Source: Seison nebaliae (Eukaryota). From it: a DNA stretch of 64,000 bases. Location of the stretch: NCBI GenBank assembly GCA_023231475.1, contig JALJEE010001605.1, positions 1 to 64,000 of the forward strand. Direction: 5' to 3'. Below, piece after piece: positions 1 through 13,178 of this stretch. A model generated the notes under the pieces. It ran no database searches and had not been told where the DNA came from. It saw only the letters and a list, made by a program, of their open reading frames with translations. A program made the position numbers and the translations under genes. How positions within the stretch are numbered: position 1 is the stretch's first letter; every line of letters starts with the position of its first letter.

Positions 1-209
1 TAAATATAAATGTCATTTCACATACATCTATTCTGTATATTCTCACATCTTCCCGGATGGTAAGCGAGAACATACTGAATAAATAAACATTTCTCAAAAA
101 TATTTAGAAAATAAATTATTTTGAAGTTGCTGAACTGTACCGTTAGATCATATGAAGACGTAAATATTATAACATATTCATCATCAATATCGCTCTGGAT
201 TAAATACAT
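1..209 (-). CDS. 5' end of a probable WD40-repeat protein (resembles the LST8 N-terminus), running off the window edge
   Basis: ATG at 209. Removing a 61-nt GTT..CAG intron (135-75) gives MYLIQSDIDDEYVIIFTSSYDLTVHMFSL..., which resembles the WD40 'TxSxDxTVxxW/F' signature. Only a short piece is visible. Confidence 0.4.
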
Positions 210-1224
210 TCAATAATTTTAGTAATTAGAGAATTCTATTTTTCTGATAAGTAAATCATTAATTTAATTGCAGACATTTTTTGATTTTTAAATTGAATTG
301 ATTATTTATAATTTCTTATCATCGCCGTGAAATGGTATTGAAGTTGTAGAATTTCTTTATTTTGAAAGAGAATTTTTGTTTAACAACATTTTTTCCTTAA
401 ACTTTCGGAATTGCTTATCATGGTAGTTATATAATCAAATGGATAAGAAAGTAATTGAATTAAAGATATATAATATATCTTCAATCTAGTGAATGAAAAG
501 ATTGTTATAAAGTTATGTCACAGTTATGTCACTTATCAGAGGAAAGCAATTAAATTTTTTATTTATTCACATGTTCGTTCGATGTTACTATCTGTAACAT
601 TAACTTTCTACCTATTCTGTGAAGTTTTACTCATATCCTTTAGAAAGTTCAGGTTCTGATTTTACAATGCAGAAGTTGTAATTTATGATTATCACCTTTA
701 TACCTGGTCGTTATTTAATCGGAATTAATGTATGACATTTGAAATGATAATAATTTACAGAATTTCATTCAAATGGATTTTAGTTTGCCGAAATTTTTCG
801 AAACATTTCCATAATTGTTTAAATATTTTTATGTCATTCCACTTTTCCTTCACTTAACATGGAAACATCATACCCACACGTTTCCATTTCCCTTCTGGGA
901 AGAATGTATATGGGAAAATGTTTTCCGAAATTCTCGTCAAACCTTAGATTGGTGAAGGTCGGAAATTTCTGGTCAAGAATGATTATTTTATGCATGATGT
1001 TTCCTATATGTCCATCGTCGAATTTAATGTAATTCAAGAAATCCTCCCCAAATTTCTTCTTCAATTTATTATTTTAACTCTCGAATATTCATTGATATAT
1101 CATTTTTCTTCTTAATTTTTCACTAGAGAATTTTAAAGTCCATATTTGAAATTTAATAGTTTTCCTAATTGAAATTTTAAGAGAGTTGTAAGAACCAAAA
1201 GTTTCTGGATAAAAGAATGAAAAG

Positions 1225-4200
1225 ATGAAAATTTTGATAGTTTTATTTCTGCTCTTACCATTATTGTTAGGAGATACTGAAAACTCAACTGATCCTAATT
1301 CAACTGGGAATGAATATAATGAAACTTCCGATTATCCGCCATTTCTCAATTTAACCTCAACCAATTTGTATTCATTCAATGAATCTAATACTAACGAGTC
1401 ACTATCTACCGTCTCTGAAGTTGCAATTTCCGCAAGAATTGAAGATTCATCAACATTACTGAATCAGTTAACTTCGGATTCAATCACGAACGAAATTCCT
1501 TCTCCAACGGACGACATAATAACTAATGATATTGTCGATTATTTGAACTCTACCTTTACAAAAGGACTTGAAGAAACGTTAGTTATTTTTGAATTAAATA
1601 AATTAAAAATGATCATTGTTCAAATATTAGGACGGAGAATTATCTAAATTCGACGACAATTGAAAATGTGACAATTATTGAACAGTCGACTAGTTCTGAT
1701 GAATCTATTTTACCTTGTAACACCAGTATTGTTACGGAAGAAGTGAACGAACAAAATACGACATCCAATTTTTCATCATCGACAATTTCATCTAACACAA
1801 ATATTATTGATTTATTAAATTCTACTACTGTTGATTATAGTAATTTTACTTTGTCAATAGACAACAGTTCACTTATTATCAATGAAACATCGACGACTGA
1901 ATATTCTTTAATTTTATCAAATTCAACAGCAACAAATAATGACTTAATAGAATTTACCGACACATATGTTCCATCAACAGATAATACAACTGAAATAATA
2001 ACATATTTTACTTCGAACAATGATTCTGAAACGCATAGTTCTGCTTCGTCGGAATTTGTTGACAATTCAACAGAAATTTATAACCAAACTACTTATGAAT
2101 TACTGTATACGGTTAATAGCACATCAATGATCACTGATTTTGATATGAATACCACGGATTTATTATTAACAGATTCTTTGAATATTTCAACTCAAACGCC
2201 AAAATATATGTCCACAAAATTATTAACAGAAAACTTCACAGAAAACTTCACAGAACAGATAACGCCAGAATCCCTATTAAATTCCACGATTATCCCAACT
2301 TTATTCTCTTTGGAACAAACAACAAATGAATCAACTATACAACCAATAAAAGACACAACGGGACCATCTGCAGTAACAGAATTATCGACAGAAGAGTCCA
2401 CTGTAAAATCAAACGAAACATCAGAAAAATCATCAACAGACGGTGTAGTAGAACCATTGACAGAAACATCAAGACAAAGTTATGGAGAATCATCGACACA
2501 ACAATCGACACTTCAATCTAGTGACGAGTCTACAGAAGATTTTTCTTCAATTACATTATCTTCTACTGATGTAATGACGGAATCATCAATGGTGAATTAT
2601 ACTGATTCATCGACAAATATTCTCTTTGAATCAACTTCTGAAAATTCTACTGATGTATCAATGACTGATTTATCAGTTCATTCAACCGAAAACTTAAGCA
2701 CAGAATTTATGTCACCAACTGTTGAAGATCAAAGTTTAACTACTGTTGAAAGTACAGTTGAAGGATTAATTACGAACACTCTCCAATATACTGAAGATTC
2801 AAATGAGACGATTGCTTCTGATAAACCCCAATTTACTTCAATGTCAACAGAAGTTGCCTCAACATTTGCATCTAATAAGGAATCAACAACCGAAATATTT
2901 GATAGTTCACCGTATGTAACGAGTAGCGAACAAAATACCAGCGATTTTGAATATCAATTTTCTGAATCAACGGTTACTGACGAAATATCTTCAACAATGA
3001 TAACATCTACAACTACCACAACAACCACCACTATGACCACAACAACTACCACCACAACAACTACAACAACCACCACTACAACTACAACAACCACTACAAC
3101 TACAACAACCACCACGACAACGACAACCACCACGACAACGACAACCACGACAACTACAACTACCACGACAACGACAACCACCACGACAACGACAACCACT
3201 ACGACAACGACAACCACAACAACCACCACTACCACAACCACATCGCCCATAGTGCGTAAGGTGATAATGAATTTAAATTTTATACTGAATGAAAAGTTGT
3301 CAGTATGTCAACAATCGCGAAAATCTTTTGAAAAGTTCATATCTGTTGCATTTGCCACCAATAACAGAATATCAGAATCTGTACTTCAACATCAGTTGTT
3401 TCCTTGCAAGTTCCATTTCGATATTACTTATTAGACTATATTTCTTTTTCTTTTCTCAGGTTTTATGAGAATGGACAAAAGTTAGATTTTTTTCCACGAT
3501 AACTTATTCATATATTAGGTCGATGCAATTGTTAGGAGTTCATATCGATGCTACGAAATATGAGAATAGACGATTGAGAAGAGATACAACAAATTCGGGA
3601 AACGATTTGAAGAATATTATAAATGAATTTTCAAAGGACGTTTCTTCTTCAATCACCGTCCTAATAGAGAAAGCCAATGACGGTGACAAATCTAATGAAG
3701 AAATTTTTCCAATTTTGAAACAAGTTGGCCAAAAAGAATTTTTTGTAACTGGTTATTCATTCATATTTCTCCCAGTTAAGTTTATCATAATTTAACTAAT
3801 TTGTAGAGGCTTTACAATTCACGGAGAAACGAAGTGAAATATTAGATGAATTCACATCGGATACAATTAAAGAAATGACGACGTCACAGAGTGACTATGT
3901 AGAAATTGGGCCAGCAGAAAGAATTAAATTTCCAGCAATCGAATTAGATATCGAAGAGAATAAAAAGAAATATTTGACATTGCTAGAAATTATTGGGGGT
4001 TCATTTTACCCTGTTTTTTTCCATTTAAAAAAAAATTATTTTTATTAACTAGTCGTATTAGGAGTGACTTTTGGAGTTACATTAATCATACTTATATTCT
4101 TCGGTTTTCATCGACAGTTATTATTCTTTTTCTTTCTCTCTTAATTTTTTTTGTGATAGTCGAAAAAATCGTCAAGATAATATGTTTCCAGATCCGACAA

Positions 4201-4253
4201 CAGATCACGAAAACGACTATGATGATCGATTCACAATGACACATAGTTTTTGA
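1225..4253 (+). CDS. Mucin-like type I membrane glycoprotein (signal peptide, Ser/Thr-rich stalk, poly-Thr, globular juxtamembrane region, TM helix, short tail)
   Basis: Signal peptide MKILIVLFLLLPLLLG and many NxS/T sites. Introns 1578-1630, 3410-3459, 3481-3518, 3752-3806, 3999-4052 and 4117-4159 join the frames. TM helix IIGVVLGVTFGVTLIILIFFGF is followed by HRHRKNR; the protein ends ...MTHSF with TGA at 4251-4253. Confidence 0.8.
3007..3243 (+). repeat. Imperfect (ACN)n coding microsatellite encoding the poly-Thr tract
   Basis: Run of ACA/ACC/ACT/ACG codons inside the mucin ORF. Confidence 0.95.
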
Positions 4254-4584
4254 ACGACCCAAAAGATTGATCTGATTGAACTGATTTATGCCCATTTTAT
4301 TTTTTATTCTCAAAAAAATCTTTGTTAAGAAAAACATTCAGTAAATTTTATAAAAATAAATTTTATAATTATTCAATTGTTTATCATTTTCGTTGACAAT
4401 CTGTTGAATGATGAGAATTAATAATCTGACAATGAGAAATCTTTAGTGAGTTAAGTTGATTAATGAGAATTGAAAGAAAAACAGTGAAATTTACTTAAAA
4501 TGTTAATAGAGGATGAATTGAGGGTAATTTGAAAATAGAGCTCGATTATCAGAAGGCAATAAATAGAAGAATAACATTAATGGA

Positions 4585-7107
4585 ATGGACAGATTGATGA
4601 AGAAGCAATCACCAAATCATAAACAGGTATCATCCACGTCAGATCGGAAGAGAAATTCTTTATTAAGAAATGGAAGAAAACATGAATGGATTGAAATAGA
4701 GGAAGGAAGTGAGAATGGTAGAATGTTGAAGAATAAAGATAATTCAAAATATTTGATAGATGAGACGAGTCATGTGATCAAGTTGAAAGTTGTCTCATTG
4801 AATAGTCTTTCTTTAAGTGAAGGACAAAAAGAAAAATTTCGAGAATTATCTTTCCCCGAAATTTCACATATGAATTTCAATCCAATTCTTATTATACATC
4901 GATCGATTTTGGAATTATTAAATTTATCGACAACTCAATCACATTCCGCATTTTTCAAATGTGACACGTCTAATAATGAATGGTCATCAGTGAAGATTAT
5001 ATCAAATCTTTATTTAAATAAAGATTTTCCTTCTAATCAATTGATTCATTCGAAACTGATAAGGAAAGATGAGAAGAGATTTGAGAAGAATTGTGGAATT
5101 GTCAAATTTGATGATTCACATTCGAAATGTCATTCGATTCTCTTTAAATATCATCAACTCAATTCTCGTTTTATCAACGATCAATTAACAGAAGATGGTA
5201 AGAAGTCGATTGAAGAATTTATTCGAGAAGAAATCTCTTCCATTAATGAATATACTAATTTGTTTGTATGTCGAAATGAAATATTGGAATTTAAATTATT
5301 TGGGAAATTATTTTTGTTGAGAATCGATAAAATTAATGATCGATCATTTGATAAGACGAATGAAATGGAAATGAAATTATATGTACTTGATGAGAATACA
5401 AATTTAAAAATTGTTTATGAGAATCAACTCTCGAACAAGTTCTTATCGATCGAAGAGAAGATTAATCAATTATCGATTAGTAAAGAAGAAAATCAATTCA
5501 ATTGTTTAACTCAAATTCATCGTATCATTGATAGTGACATATTTAATGATGAGCATCAAATTCATATGATGAATAGTTCACCAATATCCTCTATCATTTG
5601 TTGTACCGGAAGTGATGGTATGGGAAAGACGTGGATGGTAAGAAATGTCTTCCTACCATATATTCGACAACATCGAAATTTCTTCGATTTCGTTCCATAT
5701 GAAATGTTTTTGGAGAAGAATAATAAGAAATCAGGAGATGATCAATTAGAAAAGATTATAACATTTTTAAAAAATCAATTGATATCAATTCAACGAATTG
5801 AAGTTGAAGAAGATTCGAAGAAATTTCGTATTTGTTTTATTGATAATTTCGATTGTTTATTAACGACGAAAGAGAAAGTAAAAGAATTTCAAAAGTTTAT
5901 CGAAACTCTTCACGATCATAATAAAGAGGAAGAAAATCATAAAATGTTGTTATTGATCATTATTGGAAAAGATCGATATTTGGAATATTCTTCATTCTTT
6001 TCCAATTGTTTTCTCATCAATGTCGTGATCGATGTCGATGAATTGATTTGGACGAATCGAGAGGAATTATATAAAATTATCAAATCAATTTCTTCCGAAA
6101 TGAATAATGATGAAATTCTTAAAAAAATTTCTTCAGAACAATTTCAAAAAAATATTTTACCGTTTTTCAACGGTTACTCAATCAATGACATAAAATTACA
6201 TCTCCATAAGAGTATGGATTGTGAAGATTTTTTAGAAGAATTGAAAATAAATTTGAAAAAAAATCCACCTATCAATGCACAACGATTTACTATCGAAACA
6301 CCAGATATTCGATGGGATGATATTGGTGGACAATCGGAAATTAAATTACTCATCAAACAAAGTATTGAATGGCCATTTAAATATCATGAGACATTTAAGA
6401 GAATGAATGTAACAATTCCTAAAGGAATTCTCTTATATGGACCACCAGGTTGTTCGAAAACTATGATAGCGAAAGCTGTTGCTACTGAATCATCTCTTCA
6501 TTTCCTCAGTATAAAAGGAGCTGAAATTTATAATAAATATGTTGGCGAATCAGAGAAAGCGATTGCTGATTTATTTCGAATAGCACGTGCAATTTCACCT
6601 TGTGTCTTATTCTTTGATGAAATTGACGCGATTGCTGGAAAACGAGATAATGAATCATCATCTCAAGTCACTTCTCGAGTTTTAGCTCAACTTTTAGTTG
6701 AATTAGATGGAATTGAACCGATCAATAAAATCTTCTTTTTAGCAGCTACTAATCGATTAGATATGATCGACGAAGCGTTATTACGTCCAGGAAGATTAGA
6801 TCGTTTAATTCATGTACCATTACCAAATGACGAAAATCGACGAGCAATTTTTAAATTAAAATTTCGAAAAACACCAGTGTCTGATGATATCTCTTTTCCT
6901 GAATTAATTAATCGAAGTAAAAATATGTCAGGAGCTGAATGTGTTGCTATTGTGAATGAAGCAGCATTACGTTCTATTGAACGATATGAAGAAATGGAAG
7001 AGAAAATTGATATTTCAGAAATGAAAGTAGAAATGTATGATTTCCATAATGCATTCGACAATTTCTTTTATCGCCATACTCTCACTCATATGAAGAATAT
7101 TTCATAA
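4585..7107 (+). CDS. AFG2A: AAA+ ATPase of the AFG2/SPATA5 (Drg1) family, intronless
   Basis: D2 module: WDDIGG, Walker A GPPGCSKT (typical of SPATA5/Drg1), Walker B LFFDEID, ATNR and LLRPGRLD. The D1 module is divergent. Confidence 0.8.
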   Translation: MDRLMKKQSPNHKQVSSTSDRKRNSLLRNGRKHEWIEIEEGSENGRMLKNKDNSKYLIDETSHVIKLKVVSLNSLSLSEGQKEKFRELSFPEISHMNFNPILIIHRSILELLNLSTTQSHSAFFKCDTSNNEWSSVKIISNLYLNKDFPSNQLIHSKLIRKDEKRFEKNCGIVKFDDSHSKCHSILFKYHQLNSRFINDQLTEDGKKSIEEFIREEISSINEYTNLFVCRNEILEFKLFGKLFLLRIDKINDRSFDKTNEMEMKLYVLDENTNLKIVYENQLSNKFLSIEEKINQLSISKEENQFNCLTQIHRIIDSDIFNDEHQIHMMNSSPISSIICCTGSDGMGKTWMVRNVFLPYIRQHRNFFDFVPYEMFLEKNNKKSGDDQLEKIITFLKNQLISIQRIEVEEDSKKFRICFIDNFDCLLTTKEKVKEFQKFIETLHDHNKEEENHKMLLLIIIGKDRYLEYSSFFSNCFLINVVIDVDELIWTNREELYKIIKSISSEMNNDEILKKISSEQFQKNILPFFNGYSINDIKLHLHKSMDCEDFLEELKINLKKNPPINAQRFTIETPDIRWDDIGGQSEIKLLIKQSIEWPFKYHETFKRMNVTIPKGILLYGPPGCSKTMIAKAVATESSLHFLSIKGAEIYNKYVGESEKAIADLFRIARAISPCVLFFDEIDAIAGKRDNESSSQVTSRVLAQLLVELDGIEPINKIFFLAATNRLDMIDEALLRPGRLDRLIHVPLPNDENRRAIFKLKFRKTPVSDDISFPELINRSKNMSGAECVAIVNEAALRSIERYEEMEEKIDISEMKVEMYDFHNAFDNFFYRHTLTHMKNIS

Positions 7108-7134
7108 TTCTCATTTATAATTAGTTTTGTTTTA

Positions 7135-7195
7135 TTCAAAATATTTTTTTTTCAAAATATTTTTTTTCAAAATATTTTTTTTTCAAAATATTTTT
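7135..7195. repeat. Tandem repeat, about 4 copies of CAAAATAT(T)n, each containing the palindrome AAAATATTTT
   Basis: Seen directly in the short spacer between the AFG2 stop and GAPVD1. Confidence 0.9.
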
Positions 7196-7290
7196 CGATT
7201 GGAAAAAATTTAAATTAAATTTTTTTTTTCATGGTAAATTTTCGTTATTTTCTTTTATAGAAATATTGATTGTTAATTTCCGATCAGGAG

Positions 7291-10200
7291 ATGTATGATC
7301 GAGATATAATCACAAATATATTTCATTTAGCGAAAGCGTTGAAACAAGAGAATGAACATGTCAGTTCGGAGAAGAATAATCTGATAAATTATCATACGAA
7401 ATGTGTGAGGAATGCACATAAATTATACCAAAAATTATGGATCTCAGTGCAACAATCGCGATTGATTACTAATTTGTCGAATGAAACGTTAACTAATCAA
7501 GAGTTTTCGAAGGAGATCGAACGATTAGATCAGACCAATTTCCAGGAATCATTTCAATCCGATTTCCTCACTCTTTTCGACAAGATCAATGAATTGAGAA
7601 AGAATATTAATGTTCTCGTCCAATTTCTTTTAGTAATTGATGAAGATGAATTTGATATGAAATCCAAAAGATTAATCATCGATACGATATTTATCGGATT
7701 TTATGGTTGTGCATTATTAGTTGATGACGAGAAAGATTATATTAAATTTCTGAAAGAATTACTTCTTAACGAAATTATTCCGAAAGGGAATTTAAGAGAA
7801 ATCTTAAATAAATCGACAGGAAATCAAGTGACATATTTCTATTTAGCTTTTCGTCATTATTCGAAAACGACAATGGCTACCAGATTGTTCTTGTCCAATT
7901 CTCTCAATCTACCCATTCTAACGATAATGAAAGAAGATCATTTTCGATTCACTAAACAATTAATCAATGTGAATGAGAAAATTACAAGTAAATTAGTTGA
8001 ATTCATCAAAATGTTTATCAAATCCATCAACGATAGTTCACCGACATTTCCTAATGGAATGAAATGTTTATTACGACAAGTTATTATATTATAATTTAAA
8101 TTTCTTTTAAATTTCTTTAAAAAGATTTATAAAGAATTGACACGACAAGGTAAATTGTCGAAAGAAACGATTATGCATATTATCGTTGATTTGTTGATGG
8201 GACAATACATTTGTCGAGCACTCAACAAACCAGAACAAATGGGAATATCACATGGAATGCCATTGACGGAGAATGCGAAGAATAATTTATTTGTCATTTC
8301 TAATTTTCTTCGAACATTATGTGTCTGTACGGACGATATGTTACATACAATGGAACCACAATCCATTTATAAACATTTCATCCAAAATAATCTCCTTCCA
8401 AATTTCATTGAGAAACTTCTTGAATCGAATGATGGAAATGAATTAATTTTTAATGATAAATCTGATCTCTATTCCAATGACACGTCATTCCAACGGAATT
8501 ATATGATATTCAATTTTTCCGAATTACAAGAATTTGTTTAATTTTTATTTATTTATTTATTTATTCTTTCTTTCTGATCAGACAAAATTATTAAAAATCA
8601 TCAATGAAAAATTGAATAAGAATCACGTCACCACATCAAAGAAGGAGGAACATTTGATTCTGTTAGATATTCTACCGTCTAATGAAAACGATCAATCTCG
8701 AACAACGTCCAATGGAAATCAATCGGAAGATTTATTAAAGAAATTCCAACGAATTATTCCACCAACTCATTTGAATAAATTGATCGAAACATTTCTCAAT
8801 GACAAAAACGACACAAGTTCTCTTTATAAATTTCTTCAGAATTTTTATAAATTAGAGAATTGAAAGATTGTGAGATGACATTTATGGTGAAGATTTCATC
8901 ATCCAATGAAGAGAATCCACCAGGTCTCATCAATGAGGAGAAGATTCTTAATGAATCATCGGAATTCTTGACAAATATCAATTTGAAAGGTAGAAATTTT
9001 TTTAAAAATTTTTCTCATAAACATTTGCTATTCTTGATCTTTGTTTACGATTAATATTCCTTCAATTTTTCTTATTCCAATTCGATTTCTAAAAATACAA
9101 TGATTCTGATAGTTGATGATGATGACGACGATAATATTTGTCATCAATTGAGAAATATTTCATTTATTCCTATAACTTATTATAAATATTTGCTACAATG
9201 GAATTCCAATCAACAGAAACATCAACGAATCTGCCAATACTTGAAAATGAATCCATTCCGAAAGAATTATGATATTGGGAAAGATGTGTATAATTCAGAT
9301 ATGGGTTCAATGAAACCAGATATTGGAACTCCACGATCAGTTTCTTTCTCTACAAATGTCTCTCGATTGAATGATAGAAATAGTGACATTTCTTCCACTC
9401 ATTCATTTCGTGTTTCATCTAAATCACAAAAAAAAAATATATTATCTGATGATAAATTATTTACCATTGGAAATGGTCATCATCAATCGAATTTTAATGA
9501 ATCGAATGATTATAAAAGAAATGAAATGAGTGAAAATCTATCGACTAATCAAAAAACATTTAGTAGTGATGGTAATAGTAGTAGTTCTTATGGATCGAAT
9601 GGAGATGAATTTATGTCACCTCACAGTTCAATTATAGAATTTGGTGAAGCCGCATTTAGTGATGCAGCGTCATTATGTGCTGAACAAATTCCATTAAGTC
9701 GAACACCAACTCAACGATCGAAAACGACGGAAGATGAGATTGATGAGAAATTCAAATTATTCATTCCACATTCAAGTTCTTAATTCAAATATTTTTTATA
9801 TAATTTATTTATTTTCTTTTCAAATTATTTTTCTTATATTTAATATTTATTTGATGTGCTATTATTTATTTGATTTGATGATTATTTGAAATTGATGATT
9901 TTAAAATTGACGAAAAATTAATTTTAATTCAAATAATTAAATTTAGATATAAATATTATGGAGAATGGGAAATCGTTAATTGATAATGAGAGATGGAGTA
10001 TTGACTCTCAATATACTAATAAGAAGTCTCAGAATGTCGGTGAAGTGGAGGAGAAGGATAAGAATGACAAATTACCAACAATGAGTACTAACACCAGTTT
10101 CCTCTCGAACATTTCAAGAAGAAGTGGCGAATTCATGAATACACCAGCACTCAATAATTCGTTTATTAATAAGATCAATAAAGATCTGTTGGAGAAACCA

Positions 10201-11821
10201 CCAGGAAAGATCATCGATCATTTAAAGGAGAAATTTAATCAAACTCTTAATAAACATCGTTTCACGAAAACACATGTTCTACCGCAATTCGTCAATGTCA
10301 ATGATAAGTTGATTGGAGAAGTTACGACGGAAAAACAATTCTCCAAATCCACTTCATCCACCGCCATATTGGATGGAAATCATTCAATTACCGAAGTATC
10401 TGCCATTTTAGCGAAATATTCAGATGAAAAAAAGAAGAAACGATCGAACAATATCGATGATAAAGGAATGAATAGTAATCGAAAAAAGAACGAGAGAATA
10501 TCGAAGAGAAATACAGATTTACTTTTAGATTTGAATGATTCGAATGAATCTGATACGAACGATGGTGAGCAGAATGATAACGATCAGAATGAATTAGATA
10601 TCGATCTCTCAATCGATCATTATTTTGCGAATTTAAAAAAGAAAATTCGAAAAATATTTTCTACAATTCCATTGACTGATATGTCGTCGGTGAAGAATAC
10701 GATCCAAAATATTTTCGATTTGAAATTTTTCGAACCGTCGTCGTCCATATGTTATCGTCATTTATTCAATGGAATTATAGACACGTTATTAAGTGATTGC
10801 ATTTCGATTAATGATCGAGATTCCATCGTTCTCTTACATGAAACAAAACGAATATTTCAATTATTTTATCAAAAATTACATTTTGACAATGAAGAGATTG
10901 AGAAGAATTGTGGGAAATTATTAGAAGAATTATGGAGAGATTATGAGAATCGTTTCATTTATATCACTTATCTCTCCATTGAAAAGAGTCGTTTGTTGTC
11001 GATTACGAATATGATTGATAATTTGTTGAATCATGTATTGGTTCAATTGAAATGGAATATGTCATTCGCTTATCATGAATTAGCGAGACAATTCATTCAA
11101 AAAAATGAAAATTGTTTCATTAATGATTTGGAGAAGTTCCGCAATACAAATATTGATGATGATAAATCGGAAATCATTCAAAGGACTTTACAACAACTTT
11201 ATGCTGAATTGAAGAAGAATATCGAATGGAGACAAACGACGAACGAACAACAACAATTATTAGAAGACGCTATTGAACGACAATTTATGTCGAAGATTTA
11301 TATCGCCGCATTATTTCCTTTAGGGGAAATTAATCAAGAAACAGATATGATATTTTCAGATAATTTGAAAATATTAAAAAAAAACATTTCTCCATCACAT
11401 CCATTAATCGACATTCCTAAACAATATCATGGTGAAGCGCCATGGTTGGCAGCATCGATGGAATTATCTTTTCTCTCCGCTTATAAGACACCAAGTAATA
11501 AATTGAGTTGTATCGAATCATGTGCTAATACCATCCTTCATCTACTCACCATATCAACATCATCGAGTAAAGGTGCTGATGATTGTCTGCCAATTCTGGT
11601 GTATATAATTGTCATGACGAATCCGGAAAATGTTATTTCTACAATTCGGTTAAATTTTTATATAATAAAATTCTTAAGACTTAATAACCTTCAATAATTT
11701 CTTTAGATATATCGATACATATTATGGTAATCGAATGAATGGTGAGAAAGCGTATTGGTGGATTTTATTCAAGAGTGCCATCGAGTATATTCGAGGAACA
11801 TTAATAGCAAAAATCAAATAA
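7291..11821 (+). CDS. GAPVD1: GTPase-activating protein and VPS9 domain-containing protein 1 (GAPVD1/RME-6)
   Basis: N-terminal LAKALKQE..VSSEK motif, RasGAP-like region and C-terminal VPS9 domain (AYKTPSNKL, GADDCLPILVY, GEKAYWW). Introns 8080-8124, 8536-8581, 8817-~8857, 8990-9112, 9776-9946 and 11649-11706; stop TAA at 11819-11821. The exact start codon is uncertain. Confidence 0.88.
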
Positions 11822-12246
11822 TTTAATATTATTACCTATTTGGTGACTTTTTCATCATTACTTATCCCAAACAAAAAGAACAGTGATTCAAATTTAATTT
11901 ATTTTGATTATTTATTTTAATAAAATTATAAAATATTAATTATAACTCAAATAATTATTTAAAGCTTTTAAAATTTTTTTGGAATATCTTAAATATATTC
12001 TTTAATAAAAAATAAAAAAATAATAAGAATTATTAATAAATCATTCACAATCAATTCACATGACTTATCTTTTTTTCTTTATTCATTCTGAAATGTTTTA
12101 ATATTTTATTTGAGTTAAGTTAAATTTTTATTAAATATTTTTCTTCACTCAGTAAACTGTTGGTTAGAGAAAATAATAAGCTTTATGATGAACTTTCGTA
12201 ATTTTATTCGAAGCTAACTTTTATTCAAAAATTCTTCAGGACTAAT

Positions 12247-13054
12247 ATGACAGACAAATCATCGATCAATTATCGAATGTGTAATGTTCGAATTAATCAA
12301 TTAACGGAATTGAAAGAATCGGCATTTGTTCGTCCATATTCTGTCGACTATGAGCAGGATGGAAAGAAAAAGAAATGGGATCTCATTCAAACTCATGAAA
12401 GTGTGGCAGTTCTCATTTATAACAGTGATAATGATACTCTCGTTCTGGTTAAGCAATTCCGTCCAGCTGTCTTTATGACCAGTTGTCTAAAGAATTTGAA
12501 GTTGGATAATGTTGTTGAAATGACAGGTAAATTAGAGCAGATAAATAAAGAAGAGAAAGAAAGTTTCTTATATTATTAACAAATAAAATTATTAACGACT
12601 TTTCATATCATTAGCTAATGGATGTACCATCGAAGCTTGTGCTGGTTTGGTTGATAAAAAGAAACCGCTAATTGAAATTGTTCAAGAGGAGATTGAAGAA
12701 GAATGTGGATATCATGTACCTTTAGCTAATATTAATTTCATAACAACTTATCGGTTACTGTCTTTTATTTAATAAAAATTTAAATTTAAATTATTTCTTT
12801 ATAGTTCTGGTGTTGGAACGGGTGGATCGATGCAACACTTCTATTATGTGGAAGTGAAGAATTCCATGAAAATTGGACGTGGTGGCGGAGTGGAACAAGA
12901 TGGAGAATTAATCGAAGTCGTCGAGTTTCCAATTTCAACTGTTTATCACGATGTTGTAATGAGTGAGAAAATAGCGAGACCACCAAGTTTATTATTTGGC
13001 ATTTTATGGTTCTTGCACAATGCGGAAAAATATCGAAGAAATTTAAAGAAATAA
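12247..13054 (+). CDS. NUDT14: Nudix hydrolase, UDP-glucose pyrophosphatase-like
   Basis: KKWD..HESVAVL and LVKQFRPAV motifs. The middle exon 12615-12753, absent from the ORF track, encodes the Nudix box IEACAGLVDK...EEIEEECGY. Introns 12563-12614 and 12754-12804; RSGVG motif spans the second junction. Confidence 0.92.
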
Positions 13055-13178
13055 ATTTATTATTATGGCAATAAATAATCGAGAGAAATGTATCCTATCA
13101 ATAATTTTGTACAAGAATATGATTGAAATTCTTCGTTGAATTGAGTATTAGGTCGATGATGTGACAAAGACAAATGAA

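Noticed and set aside
834..1064. 76-aa minus-strand ORF
   Set aside because: Non-ATG start with an in-frame stop just upstream and no recognisable motif. It could be an exon or gene relic but cannot be supported.
2954..3250. Poly-Val ORF on the minus strand
   Set aside because: Antisense shadow of the poly-Thr microsatellite. The same applies to the shadow ORFs at 13729, 22682/22692, 33501, 45938, 52445 and 60211/60307.
7231..7287. Possible ATG|GTAAAT..CAG first intron of GAPVD1 (would be another GTA exception)
   Set aside because: Homology begins after ATG 7291 and nothing constrains this junction, so it was not counted. A possible GTATGT donor near position 25 (minus strand) is likewise unresolved.
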